Made by a program: the position numbers and the translations under genes. Below, one piece after another: positions 50,860 through 64,000 of a stretch of 64,000 bases of DNA. This DNA comes from Octopus vulgaris (taxonomy: Eukaryota): NCBI GenBank assembly GCA_951406725.2, contig OX597816.1, positions 97,712,001 to 97,776,000 of the forward strand, written 5' to 3'. The notes below the pieces were generated by a model. That model saw nothing but the letters and a program-made list of their open reading frames with translations, was not told where the DNA came from and made no database searches. The number at the start of each line of letters is the position of its first letter. The first letter of the stretch is position 1.

Positions 50860-51373
50860 CTGACAGTGCAAAAAGTTTAAATAAAGACTTTATATTTCAT
50901 GCACATTGGGCCATCTTCAGAAAAACAAATATACAGTCTAAGAGTTTAAGAAAAGTCCAGTTATGCACGTTCCGTTAACCCATTCACAGTCCCTAGCATT
51001 TATGTAACTTCAGCAGGCACTCTCCAAACTTATGTGTAATCGACGTCCCACGCGTTAGTGTAAACAAACACCCACCTGATGCTATACCCTACTCACCACT
51101 TGTGGTGTGACGGCGTTATATCAGTAGTAGTAGTGGCACTCACCCATTAAGTGCTGTCATCTGTTCGAGTTTTGGTGTATCACATCTAGGCTACTGTTGT
51201 AGGCCATTCACCATCTGTTAGATTCTGCCATAGGAGCTACCGGCTCAACTCCCATCGACTGTCAGTTTTCTGGTAGTATGGAGACGTCTAAACCCCTAGT
51301 GGTGTTGCCATACCTGGTCTGGTGTTTTCGGAAGGAGGACGAGTTGGTGGTGAAAATCTCCTTCATTCGGATA
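50860..51373 (-). mobile_element. Penelope-like 3' fragment with terminal hammerhead-like motif
   Basis: IRMKEIFTTNSSSFRKHQTRYGNTTRGLDVSIL (cf. RIKEHL...SSxxKHxxxC...xIL); CTGAAGA...GAAA at 50920-50895. Confidence 0.55.
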
Positions 51374-51376
51374 GGT

Positions 51377-51408
<32 letters not shown>

Positions 51409-51731
51409 GCGTGCGCGCGCGCGTTTGTGTGAGTGCAAGAGAGGAGTTAGGGTTTTAATATCTCCTCAGCGGAATACTGCACCATATCAACTTCGGTTCT
51501 AAATATAACATAACACACATTAATCTTGCATGGATATGAAACAAGTAGATTTCTTAAGGTTGTCATATTCAGCTGGCATAAATTTACTATTTACTCAAAT
51601 TCAAAATATATAATATATATATACTATAGAGTCTGGGGAGAGTCATTTTCTTTTTGTGCCTTATATGTAAAGCACTCACCGGTAAAATTTCCACGTTTTT
51701 CATATTTGTATTGTCCTAACCTTTAAACGAG

Positions 51732-51756
51732 ATATATATATATACATGTATATATG

Positions 51757-51852
<96 letters not shown>

Positions 51853-51870
51853 TATACATATATATATATG
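51732..51870. repeat. Long (TA)n microsatellite
   Basis: Directly visible. Confidence 0.97.
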
Positions 51871-52704
51871 TACACGTATGTATGTATACATACGTACAGA
51901 CACGTTTGTATTGAACAATGATTTATTTATATTTCATTCCGAAGTTTAAAGTTCAGATCTACAAAGGAAGTCACTCAACTGATACGTTTAAAATGAATTG
52001 GTAATTTAAAATTTGTTTGATTGATGTATCTCCATGGCATTAATGCCATATAATTAGACAACATTTCACTAAATACTTCAGTAAAATGTAGATTTTGAAC
52101 ATGATAATTTAATATTTGTTTCTGGAAAAATATGTTTTATAGTTATCATTTGTGCACCTATGTATAACATTTCTGGAATAAATATTCTAATGTACTTCCT
52201 GTGATAGATTTAATGAGTACCATATTGCATGTGATCACATGTGATCATGTGAAAATTTTAATTTGTCCAGAAAAAAAACCCAACATAATTGATGATAATG
52301 TACTTTTTGGTATTCGTTCTATTGAACCAATTAAGCATAAAATTCAACCGTTAGACAGAACTCAAAACCTAATGGAAATATATTACATAGCATAGTATAT
52401 TTAGCCACACTAATTAAGTTTCTACAAGCTCATTGAACTTGATGTTATCGGAATGTCAATTTCTAAGAATGCCATCAGATGTATGAAAAAAAAACGGATA
52501 TAGTCGATTAAGTCGATTCGTGATAGGCATGATATTTATTTTATTCGTTCCTTGGGAAGAAAAGACGAAAGTCGACTACATCATGTTTTGAAGTCGCTAT
52601 AAAATCTAACATAAACCACAATACTCTTTCGTTTCAGTATTCTTCCGTTCTGCCACTCTTCAATATCCAAAGCGTTTAAAATAATGTGATTGAGTGAAAT
52701 AATA

Positions 52705-53270
52705 ATCTTTTTTACTATAGGCACATGAACTGAAATTTTGGGAGAGGAGTACAGCTGATTACATCGACCTTAGTGCGTAACTGGTACTTAAATTGATCGG
52801 CTCCAGTGGCATTTGAACTCAGAACGTGGAGACAGACGAAATAGACGAAATACCTATTTCTTTACTACCCACAAGGGGCTTAATACAGAGAGGACAAAAA
52901 GGATAGACAAACGGATTAAGTCGATTATATCGACCCCAGTGTGTAACTGGTACTTATTTAATCAACTCCCGAAAGGATGAACGCAAAGTTGACCTCGGCG
53001 GAATTTGAACTCAGTACGTAAAACAGACGAAATACCTATTTCTTTACTACCCACAAGGGTCTAAACACAGAGAGAACAAACAAGGAAAGACAAAAGGGTT
53101 AAGTCGATTATATCGACCCCAGTGCGTAAGTGGTACTTATTTAATCGACCCCGAAAGGATGAAAGGCAAAGTTGACCTCGGAAGAATTTGAACTCAGAAT
53201 GTAAAGACAGAAGAAAAATACTGCTAAGCATTTTGCCCGGCGTGCTAACGTTTCTGCTAGCTCGTCGCGT
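52705..53270 (-). mobile_element. Trimeric version of the Nin/Deu-core SINE
   Basis: One head (53220-53270), three cores with B-box-like atttgaactcag, two ctatttctttactacccacaaggg..acagag linkers and one tail. Confidence 0.9.
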
Positions 53271-53332
53271 TTTTGAATAAAATAATAATACATTTCCGGT
53301 AATGAAGTTTTATCTTTTAATATAACATCAAT

Positions 53333-53740
53333 ACGCCAGCATGCTGGTAGAATTGTTACCACGCTGGACGAAATGCATTTTGTCTGTCTTTGCGTTCTGA
53401 TTTCAAGTTCCGCTGAGACCGACTTTACCTTTCATCTTTCAGAGTCGATAAATTAAGCACCATTTGAACACTGGGATCGATGAAATCGACTTGCCTCCTC
53501 CCCCGAAATTACTGGCCTTGTACCAACATTTGAAACCAATATAAGATAGTAATTTAAGGTGGTGAGCTAACAGAATCGTTACCGCGCCAGGCAAAATGCT
53601 TAGCGGCATTTTGTCCGTCATTATGCTCTGATTTCTAATACTGCTGCGGTCGACTTTTACTTTCATACGTTCGGGGTAGATAATATAATTGCCACTTCAT
53701 TACTAGAATCGTGTGATCAGCTTCCCCTCCCCCGAAACAA
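53333..53740 (+). mobile_element. Two tandem monomeric SINEs of the same family, plus strand
   Basis: Heads gctggtagaattgttaccacgctggacgaaatgc and aaggtggtgagctaacagaatcgttaccgcgccaggc, each followed by a ..gaccgactttacctttcat.. type core. Confidence 0.85.
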
Positions 53741-55889
53741 TTATAACAATTATAAACAATTATATAACAGTGATCTTTTTTTGAGAAAAGGCATAAATGG
53801 TGCATTTTCTCGTTTCCAGTCTCATTAGAAATATTTGCCCACAAATTTCTTTTTTGCCCTTAAAAATGGAATGTTATGCAAAAGCTATTCTTTGGACACT
53901 GAAAAGTCTCTGGGCAAAAATGAAACTGGGGAAACTTGACAATATTTCGCAGTAGATGGTAGCGAATAAAAATATAATCAAAAATATCAAAATAAAACCC
54001 CATTTCAGCGAAAAGAATAAACATTTTAAAAAGCTATTATTATAATTACCTACGCTACTTAGATTAATGATTCTCTTTTGTCTTTTAAAACATAAAATAT
54101 TTAAGGAAGAAATAATTTTTTGCCTAGATTTTATATCAATAGTAGAACTTTCATTTCCCTTTGAAGTCTACTTGCAGACATTTGCTACAGTAATTTTATT
54201 TTGTTTCTTTTATTTCCTATTCTTTTAGTCAAATAACAACAAACTCCATTTGTCCTTTTGTAATTGCTGCCTTGATTAGCTTAAGTTATCCATTATACCA
54301 ATTAGGTTTTACACAGATAAAGGAGAAGGAAAAAATACCATATAAATACCTATGAAACTTAAAAGCATTACATACACATTTACACATAGAAATGTGCGCA
54401 TACACACAAGAAGATGCACAGTTGCATATGAACACCGAACACTGCAAGTGACATATGGTACTGATTAAAGCAATTAACGTTATATTAGCTGATCGCTGCT
54501 AATCAATAATATTTGATTAATAGGTTCACCATTATCAATTTTCCCGTCACTAATTTTGTCAAAGTATACGAAATTATCCTGCGGTTATAATTCTTTGTAG
54601 TTATTTCTTATTTCTGCTTCTCTGAGATCTAGACAGAGCTGTTCAATCTCTTTTATACGATATGAACGATGAGTTATATCATGCACTAAACACACTATTT
54701 TTAATTTCATGAAAAATAGATCAGCTTGGAAATTAATGCAGTTTGTGTGAATGAGAAAGCAGATACCAACGGCTAAATGCATTACATTGTTTAGTTCTGG
54801 CTACTGCAATTTTTGGGGTGAAATGCTGTTGTGGCTGTTTTTATAGTTAAGTTCATTACATTATTCACCTTCTTTGCTCTACAGAATTACCTTGGTTGAA
54901 TGTAGCTAATGTCGTTATGGATATCCACCATAAGAAGTCATTCATAATAACAAAACTGCTGTTAAATTCAGAAATTTCGAACATATTTTACCTTGGGGTA
55001 TATTTTTCGAGAGGTATTGGCTACAACAGTCACTCATTATTTTACAAGTTGGCCAAATTACTCTATGACCTACCTTGTGTTTATTATACATATAATGATT
55101 TAATTGTTCTAGATAATAATAATTTTGTACAGAAAAATAATTGTAACAGTTATTGTGTATATAGTTAATTCCCCGACCAGGTCATTATTACAGTTGACGG
55201 ATATGATATAAAGTTATTCCTTTCGTAATCGCAAAAGAGTTTCAGCTACGATACCACTGATCAGTGATATAGGCTAGTGCATTTATAATATTGAATGGGC
55301 TGACCAACATTTCAGTATGAAAAATTACCCTACAATAACCCAGCGTAAATTTAAAGACAAGGATCTTTAAAGATTCAAACAAAATGCCTTGTTGTCCAGG
55401 ACTTGTAAGCTATGTATTCAAATCCAGCAAAAGATAATTATAAAATAAGTATCGTATTAGTACCAGTCCACGTGGTCTCGGATTTGGTCCTCCTGCTCGA
55501 TACCTTGTTTTTTTTATTATAGCTCAGATTTAGTTAAAAATTGTGCGTGAATGACAATGGGACGTTGTGTGTTAATGGCTGTCACATGTACATCAACATT
55601 GACCAATTTCTATGTTAACAATTACCATTCTGAACCACATTGATACTTTAGAAACAAACTGTTTTTGATAACGACGGGCAGAATTTGCATAATTCGGGAC
55701 ACAGTTCCATATCCTACATACGTTTCAAAAACTTACGTAGAACCGGTCAGGTGTATTCGCATATTTTAAACTATTAATAAGCCCTAATTAATTCTAGTAT
55801 ATTGTCAGTGTGCATCCAATTTTATTTTTTCTAATCGTCCACTCATTTAGATTAATATTTTAATTTATATTTATGTACATATGTCTAAT

Positions 55890-55946
55890 ATTAAGGTGGT
55901 GCTCCGGCATAGCTGTAGTCAAATGACGGCAACAAAGAAAAGAATA
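55890..55946 (+). mobile_element. SINE 3' tail fragment
   Basis: aaggtggtgctccggcatagctgtagtcaaatgacggcaacaaagaaaagaata followed by a CA/TA tract. Confidence 0.4.
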
Positions 55947-55962
55947 CACACATACATATGTA

Positions 55963-56172
55963 GAGGAAGGCGCATTGCTAGTGGTTAGAGCATCGAGTTC
56001 GCAATTATGGGGTAATGAGTTCGATTCCTGGACTGGGCTCTGTGCTGTGCTCTTCAGTACGACACTGAATTTCACATTGTTCCAGTTCACCCAGGTGTAG
56101 AAATGAGTTGCAATGCTACTGGGGGCAAGTTGTATCGGCCTGTTCTTTGGATAACGATTGTGGCGTGGAGAG
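55963..56172 (+). mobile_element. tRNA-derived SINE
   Basis: aggcgcattgctagtggttagagc (A box) ... gagttcgattcc (B box), body ...gacactgaatttcacattgttccagttcacccaggtgtagaaatgag. Confidence 0.75.
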
Positions 56173-56367
56173 TTTTGCATATTTATACCGGCTCTTTATG
56201 TTCTCAGTTAGTTACCACTCGAGATGAACTTTGTTTTTCATAATTTCATATTGGAGAACAATAATGTGCCAGTTAATAGGGATGATGAATTTTACTAGAC
56301 CATCCCCATAAATATGCCACAATTTGAAAATATTATTGCTATTATGATTATCATTAATATTTTCATA

Positions 56368-56460
56368 TCGCGTTGGTGCATAATTAACGACGCTTTTTTT
56401 AAATTCTAAAACTGTTGGGAATTAAATTATAAAACGGTCGTTAATTATGCACCAACCGAA
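56368..56460. mobile_element. Made1-like mariner MITE (93 bp)
   Basis: Perfect 20-bp IR gttggtgcataattaacgac (56372-56391) / gtcgttaattatgcaccaac (56437-56456), resembling the Hsmar1-type TIR TTAGGTTGGTGCA. Confidence 0.85.
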
Positions 56461-57330
56461 CAATTTAAATGCGTACTAAGAGTACTTGTGATTGTATAAT
56501 TGTTGTTTGTCTTACAATTTATACCTAATTTTAAACATCTCGATTCTGAGTAAATAAAATCTTCTGTCCTCTTTAGCACTGATATTCGCTTCTCAATCAC
56601 TACTCAATCTAAAATTTATTATTTCTATCCTGTTCCTAACATTATATATTTTTTAACGTGTGTACCTGTGGAAGTCTCGAGATTCACCCTGTAATTCCGC
56701 CTGATAAAGTGATTTATTATGAACTCTTTTAATGTATCTTGTTTTTGTAAGCCATTAACTTCAAATTAATTATATTTTATTTAGTTGCATGTCATACCAT
56801 GGAAATACGGCATTCTCTTTCCTACCAATTCAATGATGACAAATCATTTAAAACTATTTGATGGTTAAAGTATTTTTGAATTTCAGGATGAAAAACACAA
56901 GGCAAATAGTGGTAGACAAAATCTTTCCTTGCCATATTCTTTTTCTTTATCTTAACGGTGAACAATACGATATTTTCAGGAGAATCACATTTAGTAAAAA
57001 TGTTCTTATTTGTGTAACACTGTCAGCTCTGCGCCAGCAGAGCTTTCAACAATAAGTGGAATGAGAACCTTTTATCTTGACAACCTAGGCATCAACGCCT
57101 GGTGCAGAAGTCACTAGTAGAAACAAGCCGTTAGAAGTCAGCTAAATACTATATCACATCTTGTGTACTCTAGGTGGCAGTGACTTTATGTATGTACGAT
57201 GTATGTATGTATGCATCTATGTATATATGTATGCGTGTATGTATGTATGTATGCATGAATGCATGTATGTATATATGTATGTATGTATGACAGTTAACCA
57301 TAAAAATATTGAAAATCATGTTCTAACATA

Positions 57331-58162
57331 CAAGATGCATACGCGAAGTTTTTGAACTTTTCAAGTAAGGCATTTATTAATTTCAAAGAAGTACAAAATT
57401 CGGATACCCTTGTAGAATCCTCTTACTCTTATGCAATTGTAGCGCTTCAGCAATTTCATGAAAGCCCCACTGAAGGTGGATGTATCCAGGACCCTTTTCA
57501 TAGCTTCCCGCATCTTAACCTTCAGCTTGAGGAACAACCAAGTCTCTGAGAGCAAGGTCTGGACTGTAGAGGGGGAGAAAAAGAGTTTGATGTTCGTCTC
57601 TGTCAAGTAATTTGTAACTAGGATGGAATTGGAGTCCGGTGGATTGTTCTAGAGTAGGTTCTCTGGCGTTTTATGTCGAAATCTCATCTTGGACCCCTGA
57701 AAACATGCACAGAAACTTTTTCTTGACTGTTTGGCTAGTAGAAATTCAGTGGTTGTATTTGATGTTTTTGCTGACGAAAAAGCGATCATCATGAGCTTCC
57801 CGAGGACTTATTTTGCCTGGTCTCTTAGCCTGGCGAAAAACAAATGTTCAATTTACACAAATTAATCCTTCATCAGTCTATGGTAATTCATAATTTTGTG
57901 TAGCATTTTTGCCTAGTTTAAGGCAGATAGTTGCATAGCAAGCTTTCTAATTGTCTTGACGTCCCGACTGCACTATTCAAACTAGACAGAAGTTACAAGT
58001 AGTGTTTAGTAAGGTGTATTCAAAGTGTCATTGCAGCTGTCTCCTTCAATCTGGATCTTATTTCATGCATTGTACTGATATACTAAAATTATATTAATCT
58101 GAGACACTTATAATTGTCTCACCTAAAAAAAAAAAACTTTAAAATCTTCTGGAATGACCTCA
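57331..58162 (-). mobile_element. Degenerate mariner element
   Basis: TA-flanked degenerate TIRs; WLFLKLK..MREAMKRVLDT..GAFMKLLKRYNCIRVRGFYKG (mariner C-terminus). Confidence 0.75.
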
Positions 58163-59041
58163 TAGCATATGATCGCTAACGAAACACATGTATTGCTAAA
58201 TATGTATCTCAACCGATAGTTAAAAAGATATTTCAGTACTGCTCATTTGCTGCCTCGTCAATCCCTAGGCTAAAAGCCCTATATTAAATTCCTCTGCATA
58301 CATGTGAACAAATGTCGAAATTTTAATGATATGCAATTACGCTTCGCAACACTATGTTAGAAGATAACTTATTAGATTTTCTAATATTTGTGCTTTTTCT
58401 TTTTTAATTTTCTCATTCTTGCTAAAAAGAACGCTAGTTCTGCTGAAGCATTAAGCTGTAATGTATTTCATCAAACTTCTGTCACTGATGTGACTATTAC
58501 TTCATTAATAGATTGTAAATCTGCCGTACTTTGACTTCCAAGTAGTAGAGAATTCTTCCCGCACTACTCATATTTCTGGCAAACAAGGGCACGAATCTTA
58601 CGCAATTGAGAGAACATTCACAGATAACTGAAAATATAGTAAAGTCATAGCAGCCGTGTAGTTCAAGGAAAAGCACTTTAATGGAAAAAAGAATTTTTTA
58701 ACGACAGGTTTCAGCAGCAATCATAATTTTGAACGTACCACAATTCTGTTTAATGCACTGACTAACATGGCAAACAATGAAGCAAAATACTTCAGAAAAT
58801 GAGAACACGGACTTATTTTTTTATGGAGAGCGTAAACGCGTATTTATCTCGAAGAATTCTTGTCCAACAATTTTACATACGCTAGAACGAATACAGCTAT
58901 TCAAAGAATTCTTAGAGAAATGATAAACTTACAGTCTTTTTATTATATACAAATAATATAAAATATTACTTAACATAAACAATAATAATGAAGACACAAA
59001 TATTGAAACTAATAACAATGATCACAACATTGATAACAAGC

Positions 59042-59078
<37 letters not shown>

Positions 59079-59924
59079 CATACCTTCAAAATAATAATAG
59101 AATGGTAGCTACATTGAAAGAATAAATGCATTCTTTCATCAAATATTGACAGACATATATTGGAAAAGAAACACTCTGGAAGAAATTCCCGAAGAAGGGT
59201 GTAAAGAAAAGTGATTGTAAGAAAAATATTACTATTTGCATAAGATCTATTCTCTTCCTTCCTTTTTATTTTTCTATTACCAGAGCTGTGAAAGCGAATT
59301 CTATATTATTTCTGATATTGTGTGTAAATTGAATTCTGAGGTTTCGAAATATAAGTGAACGTACGTTAACAGAGACATAGTCATGCACTTTCATATACGC
59401 GGAAAAATAGGTACAGACTCATCAAAATGGACACATGCATACATCTAGCTGAATACACAAATATATTGTTATTCACAAATGTATCATATATACGTGTTTA
59501 GATTCATGTATATGTGTGTGTGTATGTCTGTACGTCTCTATGTGTGTGTGCACGCGCTCGCTCGTTCATGACCAAGCACAATAAAGTCCCTCGGATTGTG
59601 AGATAGATAGAGACAGTGAATATAAAGAGAGAGAGAGACTGACAGATATAAAGGTTTGTTCATACGAAATCCAAGAAATACAATATGATATTCAAACTGC
59701 AAAATATTTTGCGTTGTTGAAAAGGTATATGATTAACTTGCGGTCTGAGTAATTTATGTGTTGTAATTAATAGCTCAGCAATAGTGTCCTATACCCATAA
59801 ATTCACACAAGCTCACACATGCAAGAAAAACACATCCTATAGCGCACACGCACACACACATACACTTATATAGATTAATATATCTATGCATTTATATATA
59901 TATATGTATGTATGTATGTATATG

Positions 59925-62900
59925 TAGTAGTTGTCTACTCCTTATGTAGAGTCTGACCATCTCTTGTACCTACACCTTAGATACATCATAGCGTTTGATG
60001 TGGCTTTTTAAACCAGACAATGTGTTGAAAGGTCACCCACATAGATTGCATATCCGATTTGGACCACCAAGAGCTGCAGTTAAGTTTTGATGTTTGTGGA
60101 TCTTAAAATGTTTTTTTATGGGTCCCCAAATGAAATTTGAGCCCAGCGAAAGAAAGGCATGATCTGTCACAAATTCTGCACTCAGAATGATCACTGAGAT
60201 TCACCTTTTCGATCGCAGTATTCCTCTTCAAATCTCTCTTGAATCTTGCATGTATTGTCCTGTCCTCAAACGCTTTCACTCCTCTCCACACTTTTGTTCG
60301 TCTTCCAGCTCGATCCGAAGTAAGATTTCTATGTCTTTGGATCCATTCTTAGTGATTTCATGGTAGTCCTAATGCCGTCCTTAAACATCTTTTTAGATTT
60401 ACACCGATTGCCTTTTCCTTCTGCAAGCTTGCCATCATGCAACTGTCTGGACATGCGTTCATCTGCCCTTTCGAACAATATGGTCAGACAACCTCATTTG
60501 GTTTTTCAGAATCATTGATTTAACTGAAGTGATGCCTGCAGACCCAAAGACATCTGTGTGTGGAGTAAAAAACCCCATTTAATGTTTAAAATGAGGTGGA
60601 AACATTTTTGGAGGAATTGTTCTAACAATATGAAATGTTATTCATAAAACGTCCATGTTTCCGAAGAATACAACAGGGATGGTAAGACAAATAATTTGTA
60701 AAGGGCAATTTTTTTGTTGTTATTTATATGTCGTTGGCGCCAAATGCGTAATTCCAAACCACCAAATGCTTATGCTGCCCTTTGAATTTGCAGATGTATT
60801 TCTGATTCCAGATTTCCATTATTTTGTAGTGTCCAAGGTAAATGAAATAGTCCACATCCTCAAGAAACCTACCCTTAATAAAACTTTTAGTGGGATTACA
60901 AACAGCACCATGTGCAGGTTGAAAAATTACAGCTGTATTTTCTTTTTCAAGTTGATGGTCAAGCCAAAATCACCACAAGCTGAGTCACATGCAGATAAAA
61001 GATTGCAGGTCCGTTTCAGAGTGACTGACTAGATTGCAATTGTCAGCGTATAAGTGATCCCTAATGAGTGAAGTTAAAACCTTTGTTTTGAATTTTAGTC
61101 TGGTCATATAAAAAGACATTCACTGTTGTTCGATATGAGAATGTAAATACCCTCCACAGAGTTTTGAAAAGTGTGTGAGCACAGCAGCAAATGTATTGCA
61201 AAGAGAGTGGGTGCATCAATATCTCATTGCTTTTCTGTATTTCCACGGTTAGAGATTCAGAGAGCCTACCACCAAACTTAACTCTAGTTTTCATAACTTG
61301 ATGCAAAGCCCAGATCATGTTTACAATTTTTCTGGGCAACGTATGTTCCTTGGAATTAGCTACTGAGAATTTCAATTAACCATATCGAATTCCTTGCTTA
61401 AATTAACAAATCAATGGTATCTGGCAAGATTCCGTTCAATGCACTTTTCCTGAAATTGTCTGATACTAAAGATTCAATCAATAGTGCCCCTGGAGGAGCG
61501 AAAATCACGTTGACACACAGACACTATATTTGAAACTATGAGGATATTTGAACGTTCTAACAGAATGCGTGCAATTACCTTTTCAACTACAGACAAAAGC
61601 GAAATCCCATGAAAATTACCACACAGATCCTTTGGCATCGATTTATACATGGGAACTAAAATAATAACAATGCAGTCTTGAGGTACTTCCTCAGTTTTCC
61701 AGTAGCGACCAATTAATATATTTAAAAGTTCAAACATTTTGTCATCCCTATAAATCAGGACCTCTGCACAAATTCTATCAGGCCATGGAGACTTATTATT
61801 ATTCAGCCTATTCACAGCTAAGTTAATGCCATTCAGATTTGGTTCAAATGCCATCTCCTCTATAACTGGAAGGTTTTCGATTTTTTCTATTATCCTCATG
61901 TCAACGGATGATGACCTATTCAAAACAAGAGAAGAATGTTCTATCCAGCGCCTGTGAATAGAAGCGGTGTTCGTCAAAAGCAAATGTTCACTTGCTGTTC
62001 TCACTGGAGCTATTGAAGAAGATTTGGAGCCACATACCTCCTTAACATAAGAGTACAAACCTAAGGCATTATTTCTATCATCTGCTTCTGTCATTCCAAC
62101 ATTCCTGTTTAATTTACCTTAGAGCAGTCTGCACTTTCCCTTTCAGCCTTCTGTAAGCTTCGTTCGAGTTGAGGTTCAAGGACTGAGGAAGAAGTGTGTT
62201 GCGTAAATTTTGATTTTCTAAAAGCAGATCATGAACTTCTGATAACCAGTTACGCGATTTAAATCTCACTGAAAAACTTGCAGTCTGAAATAAGTTTGTT
62301 TTGAAATCTTCTCATAGATAGTTTGGATCAAGTTTGATACTTTCTACAGCATCGTGTAATCTTTGAAAGTTGCTTGGTGATTCGAAGTTTGCCACATTTA
62401 ACTTTTTGGGTACCTTAGGACCAGACTGTCGACGTATCAAAAAATTCATTTTCCCACGTACTAGACGATGGTCAATCCAGCTCTCTGCTCCTCACATAGC
62501 CCAAACACTAGAAAAATTTCATATCACGCTTTCTGATCAAAATGTGATCTAGGAGATGCTTGTTCTTAGATCTTGGGGGAATCCAGGTGGTTTTATATTT
62601 ATTTTTCTGTTTAAACAGGATGTTGGTACCAACTAGAATATTCTCAGTACAAAACGTTAAAAGTGCTATTCCATTTTAATTGGATTTTCCAATACATTTC
62701 ATGAAATGTAGTCATTTCTAACACTTGGTTTGAAATCTCCCAATATGACCAGCTCGTCAGAAATTTGTACTTTCCTCAATAATTGTACTAGCTCATCATA
62801 AAACTGTCCTACAGTTTCAACAGAATGAGACATTGTTGGCGTATAAATACTGACAGCGGTAAAACAAAACCCCTACCATTTGTTAATTTTATACGGCATA

Positions 62901-63650
62901 CCACTTGAAAATTATGCAATGGAGGATACTAATGAATTCTTGGATGATTCTAATGAATACTAATGAATTCTTGAGAGCAAACCAAACAAGAGATTCTCTA
63001 CGCTGACCCTCAGGTAGGCCTCTCCAGAAGATAGTATATTCATAAGTTAGTTCACTTATTTTACCCTTATCAGAGAGACGAGTTTCAGAGAGCGCAACTA
63101 TATCAAGGGAATATTTTAAAGCTCACATGCAATAAGTGGAGTGCGCCTTTTTGGCATCTTGTTGAAATGATCATCTAGAAGTGTGCGCACATTCCGACAG
63201 CCAGAATTCAGAGGATGTTTATTTTTTCTTCTTCTTGAAGATTGTTTGACTACAGTGGCAGGAAGACGACCAGACCCACCATGTGTCACACTGGGATACC
63301 TGCCGAGCCAGACCTCCTCCCCTGACGTCTCCAAATCTATTTTCCCAATTACTGAATCTGTTCGATGCATTTCAGAGTAAGTTGCAAGCGCATTTTTAGG
63401 TTTCTGCCAACCAGTTCAAATATTTTATTAAGATTTGGTGTACAAAAAGTACCTGTGCAGATGAATAATTTTCAGTGGGTGTAGCTTGCACTGCACTACT
63501 CCCACATACTAGCCCAAGAAGACTTGGGCGTGACATGAGAATTGACAAAACCGGATAATTACAAGGCCTCAGGTTTTATTCTGGAGATTTTCCTTCTACG
63601 TAGATTACCAACCAATGTTAAAGAGCTGCTACCTGCCAATGAGGTAGGTT
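59925..63650 (-). mobile_element. Near full-length RTE-clade LINE, pseudogenised (APE, RT, C2H2)
   Basis: LNSGCRNVRTLLD (APE start), DHRLV, LNNNKSPWPDRICAE..NFHGISLLSVVEKVIARILLER..QRDFRSSRGTID, YADNC, MRLSDH, CRICDRSCLSFAGLKFHL; multiple stops and frameshifts. Confidence 0.95.
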
Positions 63651-64000
63651 ATCCCGTACAAGACACCAAACCGACACCCAAACTCTCTATACAGTGTTTA
63701 AATTTCATTCTGATATCCGACGCGGAGCAATTCATACATTAAAATATTATTAAAAAACGTTATATTCATATCTACACATATTTGGTGGATGGCCGTTGAT
63801 TACTCATGAGCTTATACGCCCATTGACAGATCTTATCTTTTGTCCTGCAAGATGTCAAACAAACAATCACCCTCCTCACCAATTAAGATTGGTGGTGTTG
63901 CCAGTTTAGTCACCGATGACCCGACCATCTAACAGGTTGTACTGGGTTACGTGTTACCGGTGGCGAACAAGAGTGACTAATATATATATATAAATATGTA

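Noticed and set aside
52705-53270. CRISPR-like repeat-spacer array
   Set aside because: The apparent spacers are themselves repeated, the units are SINE cores, there are no cas genes and the context is eukaryotic.
60655-61032. 125-aa plus-strand ORF
   Set aside because: Antisense to the RTE reverse transcriptase.
63845-63980. GC-richer segment at the window end, possibly a SINE or LINE terminus
   Set aside because: No promoter boxes or peptide to assign it.

Overview
AT-rich eukaryotic (metazoan) non-coding DNA, dense in microsatellites and decayed transposable elements. The SINE families and repeat landscape look like a coleoid cephalopod (Octopus-like) genome; this is pattern-recognition inference, not a database result. 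I find no credible host protein-coding exon, and nearly all ORFs in the track are microsatellite artefacts or TE relics. LINE relics: a near full-length RTE (minus, ~59.9-63.65 kb), a second RTE 3' end, three R4/Dong-type pieces, an Ingi/Vingi endonuclease fragment and CR1 fragments. DNA transposons: several Tc1/mariner derivatives (including a mariner nested in a DD37D/maT element), a Merlin (ISXO2-like) relic, two non-autonomous Helitrons and MITEs. Also present are Penelope-like (GIY-YIG) relics and many tRNA-derived SINEs. The most interesting signals are RNA-structural. One is an apparently intact type I hammerhead ribozyme (minus, 28673-28766). The other is a compact element joining a tRNA-like Pol III head, a (TAA)n spacer and a minimal hammerhead (minus, 25501-25758), a candidate ribozyme-bearing, Penelope-mobilised SINE. 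All translations and foldings were done by eye, and boundaries of decayed elements are approximate.
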